The position numbers and the translations under genes are program-made. Below the pieces are notes generated by a model that did no database searches, had not been told where the DNA came from, and was given only the letters and a program-made list of their open reading frames with translations. Positions 12,151 through 26,270 of a DNA stretch of 64,000 nucleotides are shown here, piece after piece (the first letter of the stretch is position 1; each line of letters starts with the position of its first letter). The stretch is from the human T2T-CHM13v2.0 reference genome, Homo sapiens, in assembly GCF_009914755.1 (NCBI RefSeq), contig NC_060945.1; one strand, written 5' to 3'.

Positions 12151-12974
12151 AATGATCAGAGCATATTCTATGGGAGATGAGTGATGATGCTTTATTTAGT
12201 TTATAAAACTCTTCCAAACGCATGACCATATGTCTTCCTGGCATCTCCACACCAGGTGACTGCAGAGTCATCGACAATAATGAAGTTTCTTAGCAATTTG
12301 AGGAATTTAATAGTTGGGCTCCAAACTAGGGACAAGAAGTTTTCATTCTAAAAAAGCCATTGCAGGAAACAATTAATAGAGTGAAGAGACACCCATAGAG
12401 TAGGAGAGGATATTTGCAAACCATACATCTGATAAGGAGTGAATATCCAAAATATGTAAGAAACCCAAACAACTCAATAGCAAGAAAAACAATTCGCCTG
12501 ATTTTTAAAATTGGCAAAAGATCTGGACAGACATTTCTCATAAAAAGACATACTAATGGCCAACAGGTTCATAAAAAAAAATGCTTAGCATCACTAATTA
12601 TTGGGGAAATGCAAATTAAGCCACAATGAGGCATCACCTTACACCTGTTAGAATGGCTATTATCAAAAAGATGAAAAATAAGTGTTGACAAGGATGTGGA
12701 GAAGAGGGAACCCTTGCACACTGTCAGTGGCAAAGTAAATTAGCACAGCCATGATGGAAAACAATATGGAGGTTCCTCAAAATATTAAAAATAGAACTAC
12801 CCTATGATCCAGCAATCCCACTTTTGAGTATATATCAGTTTGTCAGAAAGATATCTGCACTTCTATGTTTATCATTCACAATGACCAACAAATGAAATCA
12901 ATGTAAGTGTCCATCAGTGAATGAATGGATAAAGAAAATGTGGCATATATACACAAATAAATATGATTCATGAT

Positions 12975-13230
12975 TTTTTTTTTTTTTTGTTGAGATGGAG
13001 TCTCACTCTGTGGCTCAGACTGGAGTGCAGTGGCGTGATCTTGGCTCACTGCAACCTCCACCTCCCGGGTTTAAGCAATGCTCTGCCTCAGCCTCCCAAG
13101 TAGCTGAGATTACAGGCACGTGCCACCATGCCCAGCTAAATTTTGTATTTTTAGCAGAGACGGGTTTTCACCATCTTGATCAGGCTGGTCTTGAACTCCT
13201 GACCTTGTGATCCACTCGCCTCAGCCTCCC
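12975..13230 (-). mobile_element. 5'-truncated AluS
   Basis: Poly-T, GAGATGGAGTCTCACTCTG..; stops at GCCTCAGCCTCCC, lacking about the first 45 nt of Alu. Confidence 0.93.
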
Positions 13231-13289
13231 ACTCCCTGGCGCCGCTTGTGGAGGGCCCAAGTCCTTCTGATTGAGGCCCAACCCGTGGA
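13228..13289 (+). pseudogene. 28S (LSU) rRNA fragment from the 5' domain, fused to the Alu
   Basis: CCCACTCCCTGGCGCCGCTTGTGGAGGGCCCAAGTCCTTCTGATTGAGGCCCAACCCGTGGA matches remembered human 28S CCCGCTCCCCGGCGCCGCTCGTGGGGGGCCCAAGTCCTTCTGATCGAGGCCCAGCCCGTGGA; 6 mismatches, 4 of them at CpG. Confidence 0.88.
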
Positions 13290-14914
13290 AGAAAATTCTT
13301 TTATTTGCAACAGCATGGATAAACTTGGAGGACATTATGCTAAGTGAAGTAAGCCAGGCACAGAAAGACAAATACCACATGATCTCACTCATATGTAGAA
13401 TCTAAAAAAGTCAAACACATAGAAGTAGAGAGTAGAATGGTGGTTACCAGAGGCTGGGGGAAAGGGTGGCTGAGGGGAATGGGAAGATGTCGGTCAGAGG
13501 GTACAAAGTTTCTGTTAGATAGAAGGAATAAGTGATTGAGATTATTGCACAGCAGGGCAGCTCTCGTCAATGATAATATCATGTATATTTCAAAACAGCT
13601 AAGATAGTCCATTTCAAATGTCTCACCACAAAAAACGAAAAGTGAGATGATAGAGGTATTAATTAGCTTGATTTAATCATTCCGCATTATACACATATAT
13701 CAAAACATTGCATTGTACCCCACAAATGTATACAGTTATGATTTGTCAATTGAAAGCAATATTAATTTTAAAAAGCTATCCACTGACTTACCATGCAAAA
13801 CTAAAATTTGAATAATGCTTAAATTGATAGGTAAGGTGAGGGGAAAATACCGAGTAATGTCTCCTGCACTGATTCAACACATGTTGGTTCTCTCCCATTT
13901 GGCAGACATCGTATGCACAAGGATACCTAAGAGAATACCCCTGCTCTCACAGAAATTATAGCCTAGATCAGACCAGTGACTGAACGTGACAAAGTCACAC
14001 CAAAATGCTGACTACAAATATTTCCTCCTCCTACTTTTTTTTTTTTTGGTTGTTAAATTTCTTTTGGAAAGTGGCTTAATTCTACCTCTCCTCCAAATTC
14101 CTGTCATTGTGCTTCTGGTGTCCCTGACAGGAACCAGAGAAGCCTGTCATTCCAGAATCATGACACTTTCCTGCAACTAATTAAGGTTCTTCCAACTGTT
14201 CATCTGTTTTTAGCCCGAATCTTCTTAAAATCTAAAGATTTGTATCTCTGACTCTTTTTACATTTTCCTCACAACTTATTCAACGTTCGTCTCGAAGCTG
14301 CTGACAGCTTTTGCTTACCTTCCTATGGTAGGAAAACAGAGTGGCAGGCTGGATTGACGTACGGAGGGCCCTGGAAATAAACAACCATGATTTATGAGCA
14401 TTTATTGTGTTCTAAGTATGAGGCTGAGCACTTTACATATTTTATTTAATTTTCCTGGGGCTTTACCAAATGACTCAGTCCCCAGGAAGACATCCACTTT
14501 CAAGGAAGAGGGCAGGACCAGCACCCGCGTCCACACAACTGTGAGCAGGTGACAATGCCCATCATTGAGTGGGCATTCAACATTTCTTCTCCCCACTCGT
14601 GTCATCTCCTGACATTCCGTGCCTCTCCCTTGGGGAACAGCCCTTTATATAGCGCAAGTGATTAGTCATTGCCAAATAAGCAAAAAGACTTTAAAAACTT
14701 AGTGTTCAGAAGTATTTAGTGGAAAAAGTAATAAATAAACCCAAGGCTTATTATTCCTCATCTATGGATAAAAACTCAAAGACTGCCAGACACTACACAG
14801 TCATAGGATGGCTTTCCCATAAAGAGAGAAGGGAGGGAGAGTGACAGGCATAGGAATGGTTGCCTGTTTCACCTCCCCATGCTCCTCTGACCCAGCCTCA
14901 GTTGGGCCTTAGGA

Positions 14915-15030
14915 TCATCCAGAGACCCTCCCCAGACTAATTAAGTCAGAATCTCTGGGCATAGGGCCAGGGCATCATGATTTCTTTAAACACTCCCCTG
15001 AACTATTCCAGTGACCAGCCAGGGTGACAG
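14915..15030. mobile_element. MER5 fragment
   Basis: CCCTCCCCAGACTAATTAAGTCAGAATCTCTGGG..GGGCCAGGGCATC. Confidence 0.6.
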
Positions 15031-16299
15031 CAAGAACCTTGTCAGTTTGTATCCCACCTCTCAGGGAATGAACTTCTGGAAGTGAATTCCCAGTCCCCAG
15101 TGGCCACATCTCCACAATGTCCTGTTGCTTGGTCTAACCCAATGAGATAGACCCCCAGTGTAAACCTGTGCACCTGTCTTCCTCCCCATGGGGGCTTCGT
15201 CAGACACCAAGAGGACGTAGCAGTGCTGGAGAGAGGGGCTAAGGGAACTCCAGGTCCATGGCCATGGTGGTCTGGACTTCTTTAAGCCCCAGAGAGAATG
15301 GACTTCTGGTGGAGCTGCCAAGGTGAGAACCTAGTTTCTCAAGGACAGGTCACAGGTCACCTGGCAGCTACCCCCCTGCCTCCTGGAATCGGTGATCCAA
15401 TCCCAGCTGCTGCCTGACCAGCTCTCTCTCCTAACCCTGCTCCCCACGCCAGACATTTCGCTTACCCCAACCTAGTGAGTGATCATCCTGCATGACCCCT
15501 GTTCCCCTTACTGCCATCCTGAACTCTGCCTTAGGCTAAAATTTGGATTCAGATCAGCTGTCTGTGCTCAGGCTCCCTGGCCTTCTGGTATGGAGTCCCC
15601 CAAGCAGAGATCCATGGCTTCCTCTGACCCTAGGGGTCTGTCTGTCTTCCAGTTCTGGTGTTTTCCAGCCCCCTCATTCCCCCTTCTGCCTAAGCTTTGC
15701 TCATGACATTTTTCACAATTGTCTCATCCAAGGTTTCCACAAGGAACCAGATCTGGTCCCCACAAGTGTGTGGTGAGCTTTAAACAAACACTCACAGTGC
15801 CATGATGGCCACCAACTTTAGCTCCCAGGGAATGGGTTGAAAACTCAGAGCAGAAGAAAATGTGGTTTCCGGCATCAGTCTTATAAGTGCATAAGTATCC
15901 TGGTGAGTGGTAAAAAGAACCCCAGCTGTTTATTTTACTTCTCCCTCAACTCAAGTTGAAGACTTCTTGCCTATAAACTATGAAGATGCAAATTACTGTG
16001 GCCATTTTGTGGGCTTTTCTATTATAGCAACCACTCATTTTTATGGTGGTTCAACATTATGCAATTTTGAAATTTTAGGTGAAAAACTTGATGAACTCCC
16101 AGCATTCCTGTTTACACCAGTGGAATTTTACCAAGCTTGGGAAGGGCAATTGATCCGGACACTTGTGGAAACTACAGAGAACCAGCCTTGGGCACACCTT
16201 GGTGTCCACTGTGGCATGCTCTTGCGGTCAGCAGCTAGAGGCTGCAGGAAGCTTGTGGAGAGAAATTTCCCTAGGGTCCTGGCCTGGGGAGCATACTTT

Positions 16300-16470
16300 A
16301 GCTTCTCACAACTCAAAGTGTGGTCCAACGACCAGCAGCATCACCTTCATCTGGGAACTTGCTAGACATGCAGAGTCTCAGGCCCCACCCAGACCTACCG
16401 AACCAGTCAGGAGATTAACAAGATCCTGAGGTGACTCAGGTCCCATATTTCCTGTTCAAGAAGCAGCAGT
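16300..16470. mobile_element. MER5A/MER5A1
   Basis: CTCAAAGTGTGGTCC..ACCAGCAGCATCA..TGGGAACTTGCTAGACATGCAGAGTCTCAGGCCCCACCCAGACCTAC. Confidence 0.8.
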
Positions 16471-16540
16471 GTTTTCAGCCCCTTCTTTCTCTTTCCCTGA
16501 GTGTTACTATTCTCCCTCAAGGAAATACTTGATCCAATAG

Positions 16541-17231
<691 letters not shown>

Positions 17232-17570
17232 TGACAATTGTTTACAATAAAATGGATTGTTCATGAAGTATGCTTCCCTATCCATTCAGATGGTTTCACA
17301 TTTGGTTATTTCACTGCCCAGTAGCTCCTCTTCCAGGAGGGAGATGAGGGAGACGAAAGGAAAGGAGGGATTTTTTTTGACTTATTTGACTTTGACTTAT
17401 TTAGGCGGTTCCATGAACTCAGCAAAATAGTCCTCCCCACCCCCAAATTGTTCTCATTTAGTCTGCATAATCATAAATAACATATCCAACACAAAGTTTT
17501 GGGAATTTGTCAGGTTTTCTCCATGTTTGTTTCACCAGTGATAAAATAAGGAAGGCAGTCACCTGTAATG

Positions 17571-17766
17571 CAGTGGTTCTTACCTGAATGAAGACAGGGC
17601 TCACTTGGGAAGCTTTTTAAAAATACCAATGCCCAGGCCCGCTTCCAGCCCTATTAGGTGGGAGTCTTTGGAGGTAAGGGCAGGCAATGGTATTGTTATC
17701 AAAGCTCTGCAGGTGATTGTAATGGAGAACTCTTAAAATCATTAGAAAGTTGAGAACCTCTGGTCT
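17571..17766. mobile_element. MER5B/MER5A
   Basis: CAGTGGTTCT..GGGAAGCTTTTTAAAAATACCAATGCCCAGGCCC..TTGAGAACCTCTG. Confidence 0.75.
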
Positions 17767-17776
17767 AGTAAACTAG

Positions 17777-18200
<424 letters not shown>

Positions 18201-18287
18201 TCAAGAGATCTAAGATGAAATTCTAACTCTGCTGCTAAGTTGTCATATGATTTGAATAATCAGTATCTCCTCTTTGATATTCTACAA

Positions 18288-18480
18288 CCGGAATAGGCAA
18301 ACATTTTCAGTAAAAGGCCATATAATAAATACTTTTAGCTTTGCAGGTCATACGGCCTCTGTTGCAACTTCTTAACTCTGCCATTGTGGTATGAAAGCAG
18401 TCATAAACAACGCCTAAACAAACAGCATGACTGAGTTCCCATGAAACTTCATCGAGGTGGCAGGATCTGCTGACCTCTGT
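18288..18480. mobile_element. MER58A
   Basis: GGCAAACATTTTCAGTAAAAGGCCA..TAGCTTTGCAGGTCATACGG..TTGCAACT..CTCTGCCATTGT..TGCTGACCTCTG. Confidence 0.85.
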
Positions 18481-18489
18481 TCTACAGTC

Positions 18490-19580
18490 TCATGAGTGAT
18501 GTCTCTAAGTGAGGATTTCTTTGTACTTATCTAATTTGGTGCTTTTTGGACTTTCTGAATCTGAGGGTTGATATCTTTCATCGATTCGGTAAGATTCACG
18601 GTTATCATCTTCTTAAATACTGCCTTTTCTACATCGTTTCTATTACCAATTCATGAAACTCAGACCTGGTAACATGTTAGACTGTCTCACTTTATCCTCC
18701 GTGCCTCTTAGCTGCTTATATATTTTCTACCTATGTCTCTCTGTGCCACATTCATGTCTATCTTTTGTTTCTAGTAGTCCTTGTTGGCTCCTTATCAAGT
18801 CTGCATATTTTGATAGTCTCTTATATCTTCATCATTTATTCAATCACCTCATTTATTTCCTGAAACATTTTCTTATGAGTTTATTTCATATTCCATGTTG
18901 ATTTTTCCAATATCTGTGGTCTTTGAAGGTCTGATTCTGCAGTTTATGATTTCTGTGGATTTTCATTCATGATGGCTCATTTTATTCATGCTGGCCTGTT
19001 TCTTCATGAGGTTAGTAAATTTTGATCCTGACCTCTAATTCCTTGTAACTTTATCTGTGATAATTTTTTGAGGCCTAGTATCAATAAGGCAGTGCGGTAG
19101 TTTCTTTTGGATGCCTGGGGATGCTCCTTTATATAAGTTGTTGGCTTTAGAGCTCCCCAAGTAGTATGAATTTTGGTTTGCTATTAGAAATTGTCAGGTG
19201 ACATATTTCTTTCCTGCCAGTTCCCAAGGTGGAGACAGGCAAGTTCTTTTCTTGACAGGCAAGGAGGGGCAGGTACTTGGTCTCTGGTTCATTTCCTAAA
19301 GGTACTGCTTTTTAGTGGTCTTAGCCTTATATGAGGGGTCTCCCAGCCATCTCCTCAATCCCTGGTGCCCGCATGATCCCTTGAAACCTGGGCCAGGCCA
19401 GTAAGATATAGCCCATGCCCCACTTGGTGACCAGTGCCTTCAGCCTTAGCTGTTCTCTCTAGATTAATGCTTTCTCAAAGTTTCTGACCTCCTAGGCATG
19501 ACTTGTTCTGAAGCCAGTTCAACTGTGCTTAAAAAAATTATTTTCTTTAAATATCATCTATAGTATTTTGAGTGGCCTCT
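18490..19580 (-). mobile_element. Old L1M (L1ME-like) fragment
   Basis: T-rich antisense L1 texture (CTTTCTGAATCTGAGGGTTGATATCTTTCATC, CATGTTAGACTGTCTCAC). Confidence 0.55.
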
Positions 19581-20387
19581 TTGGGAGTGGTGGCTTGGTA
19601 TTACCAGGGACACCAGTAGGTAACCAACCACTTCCAATTTCTGCTTCCTCATCTCTGAATGGAGAAACCAACAGAACCAGAAATGCTTCTTCAATACTTT
19701 TTTTTTAATGAATGAATCAGTGTTTTTTTATACTGTTCTCAGTATTCTTATTGTTTATTGTCACTACGCCACTGTGCAATGTGGAGGATAGGCTAATCGC
19801 ATGTTTCTCAGATTAGATCAGGTTAATTATATGAACTGACTTCATAAGATCTTTTTAAAAAGGTACTGTATAGAATTTGTAGACCTATAATTTGAAGTTT
19901 CGAATTTCCCTGTGTGATTCAGAAGCCCTCATTTGGCTGAGGCACTGATATGAGCTAATTACACCATGAAGCTTGTATTGGGAACAAATCATTTACCACC
20001 CTCCATCTTCATCCCAGTGTGGTGTGTGGATCTCCTCCCCTTGACTACTAAAAGTCTATTGAAATTATAAAACTTAGAGTTTTCATGTGTGTGAAAAGCA
20101 GTTCTCAAGCAAGAGCTAGATGTTTTGTGCGAGTTGAAGAGGCAGCTAGATCGTGGTGTACGAGACGCTCAGGAAGCACTTAACTCCCGATGGAAATATG
20201 ATTCGGGAAGGCGCCAGGAGCCTGTACAAATTTTCCACATTCTTGAGTTGGGGAATTCTGGAAGAATCAAGAGTGCTATCCCATGAGGATTTCAAGCGCC
20301 TACTATTACTACTATTACTGCATATTAATAAATAGTTTTGTGAAAAATAAAGTGAGGCAGAAATGCCAAATTGAAAAGGAATCTGCA

Positions 20388-21120
20388 CAGTTTGGCATTT
20401 TCTTACAAAACTAAACTCTTGTCGTACAATCCAGCAATTGTGCTCCTTGGTATTTACCAAAAGGGACTGAAAACTTATGTCTACACAGAAATCTGCACAC
20501 AGATGTTTATAGCAGTTTTATTCATCATTGCCAAAACTTGGAAGCAACCAAAATGTCCTTCAGTAGGTGAATGGATAAATAAACTGTGGTGCATCCAGAC
20601 AATGGAATATTATCCAGGAATGAAATGAGCTTTCAAGCCATGAAAAGACATGGAAGAACCTTAAATGTATGTTGCTAAGTGAAAGAAGCCAATATGAAAA
20701 GCCTACATACTGTACGATTCCAACTACATGACATTCTGGAAAAGGTAGAACTATGGAGCCTGTAAAGGGACCAGTGATTGCCAGGGGTTAGCAGGGAGGA
20801 AGGAATAGGTGGAGCACAGAGGATTTGCAGGACGGTGAAACTGAACTGTTCTGTATGAAGTTATAAGGTGGATCCATGTCATTATGCATTTGTCCAAACC
20901 CGTAGAATGTACACCATCAAGAGTGAACCCTGATGTAAACTATGGACTTTGGGTGACAGTGATGTGTCATTGTAAGGTCATTGTAGCAAATAGATGGCTT
21001 TGGTGGAGATATTAATATTGTATGGAGGGGGTAGGGGGTGTATGGGAATTCTTAAAGTTACCACTCAATTTTGCTGTGAACCTAGAACTGCTCTAAAAAA
21101 TACAGCTTATTAATTTTAAA
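20388..21120 (+). mobile_element. L1MC-type 3' end
   Basis: CAATCCAGCAATTGTGCTCCTTGGTATTTACC, GGAAGCAACCAAAATGTCCTTCAG, terminal TGCTGTGAACCTAGAACTGCTCTAAAAAAT. Confidence 0.88.
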
Positions 21121-22618
21121 TAAAGGAGTTTGCAGAATGGAATGAGATGGTACCTTGGCTATCTCTCTGGAGTAGCTGTTACTCGCCGAAAAGAACAATC
21201 AAGTTCAAGTCACACACAAGGTCTAGGCCAGGTGCCTGCCCCTCTGTGTGTCCCTGCCTGGCTGGAGAAGAGACCTTAGGCCCCAGGATAGAGGCAGGAG
21301 CAATGGCTTCTTGGGGGCTTAGAGGGCATGGAATGGAAGGAGGACCTACTTCTGAAAGCCTAGGCATGCCCACTGCAGAGGGGCCAGAGGGAAGGAAGGA
21401 AGAAAGGAATTCATGCCTTTGGCATTTCCTGCCTCCCCAAGCACTGCAGGAGTGGTTTGCCGGGAAGGCTGGTGTTAGACCAAAACCTGCACCTCTGGGA
21501 GTCAACAAAGAGAGCCTGGAGAGGCTGGAAGGGCAGCTGGAAGATCCCATCTCTGGAATCTTTGCAAAAGAAGGACCTACCTGTAGACACACACTAGCAT
21601 ATACATGAGAAAACACACAGATTTAAACAGGTGAACAGGCACACAGTGACACACACATACTGGCACACACATGCACAGTCAGATGCGTGTATGCATTCAG
21701 AGTTCACGTCTATTGTAGAAACACACACAGATGATCAAGGCAGTTTGCCATTCTGGAAGTACAGCATAAGCAGTAGCTGCGGATAAACATGGCCTCTTGA
21801 TAGCCCGGGGAGCAAATTGTTCTAACATGTGTCCCCTGAGAATGCAACAGCCTTCCAGAACAATTAGCCCTCCCTTCTCCATCACTCAGCTGCGCTTGAT
21901 GGAGCTCTGTCTGTGTCTGAAGCTCCCAGTATGGTTTCTGGCAAATGCACAGGTGTGCTCATCGCAGTGTGCCTGCAGGCGGCTTTCCCGCCCATGTGTC
22001 TTCAGTGCTCTAGGTAGGTTGTAATATAGTGCTGTCAGTTCATGACATTCACTTTATCCACATGACACTGGAGGTCTTTGGTAGTGAGAACTTGCTGCCC
22101 ACGCTGCCTGAGAGGGTCAACAACAGAAGCAGTGAAGGAACTGAATCTTGCTGGGCCATAGAAGCTTCTGTTTCCCTATGTCCCCGACAGCGTTGCCCTT
22201 CCGACTTGGGGCCTTCCTCTCACTTGTTGCATAAGCTGTGGGAGAGAAATTGGGGGTAGGAGGCATTTTCAGTAGTTTGGGACACGTCTTCCTTGGGGCA
22301 ACACTAAGTGGAAACAGGCCCATTTGCACATTGGCAGATGGAATCCAACTGAATGTGGAAAAAAGCTCCTCCGCAGAGGGCTCAAACCAAACAGAACATT
22401 AACCAAAACAACACCTTTTAAGTTTAACAAGGACTTAGAAACTAGTTTGAAAAACTTCTGGCACTAATAGACAGCTTTTTAAAAACCAATTTAAAAGCTC
22501 TTCTGTTGAGTTAAAAAGCAAGAAGGCTTTCAATGCTTCCATTCTTTTCAAATTCTCTGCTTTTGAACATAATAGGATTATTTTCTTTTACAATTATTTC
22601 ACTGAACTGTTTTGCAAC

Positions 22619-23429
<811 letters not shown>

Positions 23430-23677
23430 CTATCGGGTATAGGTCAGATCCTGCCTGCTAACTTGAAAAAAAGACCAACTTATTGAGAAATAAACGAACT
23501 GTTTCATTGGACCTCATATAGTTTCTTTGGTTGCCTTTCTCTGTTCAGGTGAGCTTGTAGTATGAATTTTACACATATTCCTCACTATGCTAAGTGAAAC
23601 GTTCATGTTAGGAGGTTTAAATCTAACTGCATCTGACTCCAAGCATCTTTGTCTATCTTTGCTGGGGATTATCCTAT

Positions 23678-24075
23678 TGTATTAGGTTGCTCGGGCTGCC
23701 TTAACAAAATATTGCAGACTAGACAGCTACAACAACAGGCATTTATTCCCTCACAGCTCTGGAAACTGGAAGTCCAAGATCAAGATACTGGCTGGGTTGG
23801 TTTCTCCTGAGGCCTCTCTCCTTGGCTGGCAGATGGCTGTCTTCTTGCCGTGTCTTCACATGGTCCTTCCTCTGCACATACAAATCCCTGGTGTTTGTAT
23901 GTCCAAATTTCCTCCTCTTATAAGGATACCAGTCAGAATGGATTAGTGACCAACCTAATGGACTCGTTTTAACCTAATTACCCTTTTAAAGGCCCCATCT
24001 TTCATTAAATTCTGAGGTACTGTGGTTTAGGGCTTTAATATATTAATTTTAGAGGACACATTTCAGCCCATAACA
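23678..24075 (-). mobile_element. MLT1A0-type LTR
   Basis: TG..CA ends, GGAAGTCCAAGATCAAG, TCTTATAAGGATACCAGTCA; TSD CCTAT/CCTAC. Confidence 0.88.
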
Positions 24076-24369
24076 CCTACGTTAAGCACAGCTAAGAGAG
24101 GTCTGTACAAGCCAAGAAGAGAGGACTGTACTACTTAAGTGGTGTGTCAGGACTATTGTCTATTATCCATGTTTACACTCAAGTTTACTGCAATATGCAG
24201 CAATTGGAACTATATCACTTAGTCACCTTCTGGCCCAGAGGAAGTGTATTCCAAAGACCATTAAGCTAATATGAGAACAGGCCAGCTCTTTGAGTGGCAG
24301 AAACTCTCTCATAAAAATCTTACAGGGTTGGGGGTAGGGGACTGGGGAAGAAGGGGCAGCATAAATGCA

Positions 24370-25650
24370 ACTGAGTCCCTACCTCATACCATACAACTTA
24401 CACATAGGAAAATACACTACACCTTACACCAGTAGACCAAAATGTAAAAAACATACTTCAAAATGAATAAAGAAAATAAAGGACCATATCTACATGATCT
24501 TAAAATAGAGAAAACTTTTTTTTAAAAAAGGAGCTCACAAAGCCCAAAGAATAAAGAAAAAGAGATAAATTCAACCACTTCAAACTTTAAAATTCTGTAC
24601 AGAAAGTGTAAAAAAAACTTCCGTTGGCAAAAGTTTAAAAAAGATGCTTGGAGCCACATTAAATAGACTAGGAATTTGTATATAAAACACAGAATAAGAA
24701 AAATAAAAGTAGGAAAAAATAAATTAGCTGCCAGAAGAGTAAATGTGAATAGCCAATAAAAAACAAAAAGACGCTCAAGGTCAGGGAAGGGAAAGAAGAA
24801 GAACAGAGAGAGGCCATATCCCACCCATGGTACTGGTAAAATCAAGTTGTCAAACGATCTCAACTGTTGGCAAGGTTCTAGGGGAAATGGTACTCTCATA
24901 AATTGTTGCTGGAAATGTAAATTGGTAAAGGCATATTGGAGAGAAATTTGACAGCATCTAGGAAAATGGAAAATGTGCCTACCCTATGTCCTGGGAATTG
25001 TGCTTTGGGATACACACTGAACAAGCTTCTGCATATTTCCATGAGGGTCCTATACACAATGGTGTCTGTTGCAGCATTTTTGGTAATAGCAGGGAAAAAA
25101 ATGATCCCTTGATATAGAAAGGAATAAATAAAATGTAGTATTTTCCTGTGATGAAATGCCGCATAACAATTGATAATAAATACGAAGTTTATATCAGCCT
25201 GAATAGATTCTAAAAACAAGGTAGAGTATAAAAAGCAAGATGCAAATTGATGGGATATTTACAGACAATGTACGTGTGTATTTTTAAAAACAAAATCATA
25301 CAACATGTGTTTTAATTAATGCATATGTATCTAGAAAAAAGTTATTCTTAAGGAATGCAATGGATACATGATCATTTAGTTTCTGGGGAGATGCAGAGAA
25401 GCATGGGTGTTGAGGTTGGTGGTTTAGGGGACATGAGCTAATATCTCTTCTTGCCTCACTCCTCCTCTTCCCTTCCCTCCCCTCCCCTCTCTCCGTCCCT
25501 CCTTTCCCCCATTCCTTCTTTCCTTTCTTCCTTTTTTCTTCCTAAAAATTGACAAGAAGGAGATATGGCAAAAAAGTTTGCACTTGTTAATTCTAAATGG
25601 TAGGAATATGAAAGTTATTTTTAAAATTTTATGGTAACTTCTAAATTTCA
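24370..25650 (+). mobile_element. Old L1ME-like fragments
   Basis: CCCTACCTCATACCATAC, TCAAACTTTAAAATTCTGT, TGCTGGAAATGTAAATTGGT; A-rich sense L1 texture. Confidence 0.65.
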
Positions 25651-25729
25651 GAAAGCAGAAACCAAACCAAACAAAAACCCTGGTATTTATAAAAATAAAA
25701 TCATAAACTATAAAACTCTACTGCAGGAC

Positions 25730-25828
25730 ATCATTTGTACTCCAAATCTCAGCATCACGCAATATATCTTAGTAATGAATCTGCACATGTACCCACTGAT
25801 TCTAAAATAAAAGTTGAAAAAAAAAAAA
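25730..25828 (+). mobile_element. Very short L1PB/L1MA 3' end with poly-A
   Basis: CTCAGCATCACGCAATAT..CTGCACATGTACCC..TCTAAAATAAAAGTTGAAAA; TSD AAAACTCTACTGCAGGA / AAAACTCTGCTGAAGGA. Confidence 0.85.
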
Positions 25829-26089
25829 CTCTGCTGAAGGAAGCAAAGGAAGACTTGAACAAGTGAAGGAAAGGATTATTTTGCATCCACTGTCTTCCAG
25901 AGAGCCAGCCACTTCCTGGCATCATAAACTGACTCCTCAATGTTGGGAGTCCTCACTGGCTTTTGAGTTAGAGAGAACCATATCGGCTATTCTGTGTTGA
26001 ACCTCTCTTTTCACCTCCCCCATGGATGCCTCCACCCTCTTGAAGTACTGTCATAGGTGTCCGTTTTTCAGGGCCAGTAACTGGCCCCA

Positions 26090-26270
26090 CTGTCCTGAAG
26101 CAGGGAGTTCCATTTTTAGGCAGCTTAACCTATTAAGGAAAATTCTTCCTTATTTTTCAGAAGAAAACTATTCCTGTAGACTCCACCCCTTGGTTCTAAT
26201 TTTGGAGCAACACAAATCAAGTTCAGTGCTCCTTTAACAGCAATGTCCTTCAAAGTGTAAAGACAGCCCA
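26090..26270 (-). mobile_element. L3/CR1 LINE fragment
   Basis: AAATTCTTCCTTA..CTCCACCCCTTGGTTCTA..GGAGCAACACA..CCTTCAAA..AAGACAGC. Confidence 0.6.

Larger units (their letters stand above)
12365..13775 (+). mobile_element. L1MA-type LINE 3' end (ORF2 end + 3' UTR), interrupted by the Alu/28S insertion
   Basis: ATTTGCAAACCATACATCTGATAAG, GGAAATGCAAATTAA, TGATCCAGCAATCCCACT, terminal ATTTGTCAATTGAAA. Confidence 0.9.

Noticed and set aside
12414-12629. ORFs with L1 ORF2-like residues (also 20371-20628 and 56704-56886)
   Set aside because: Remnants of L1 ORF2/3' UTR inside decayed, truncated LINEs
15907-16365. 152-aa ORF
   Set aside because: Non-ATG start, ends inside MER5A, no recognisable domain or splice context
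21147-21616. Overlapping 153/145-aa ORFs on both strands (similar pairs at 52074-52634 and 37932-38721)
   Set aside because: Expected in GC-rich, stop-poor DNA; low-information G/P/S/L-rich peptides with no homology I recognise
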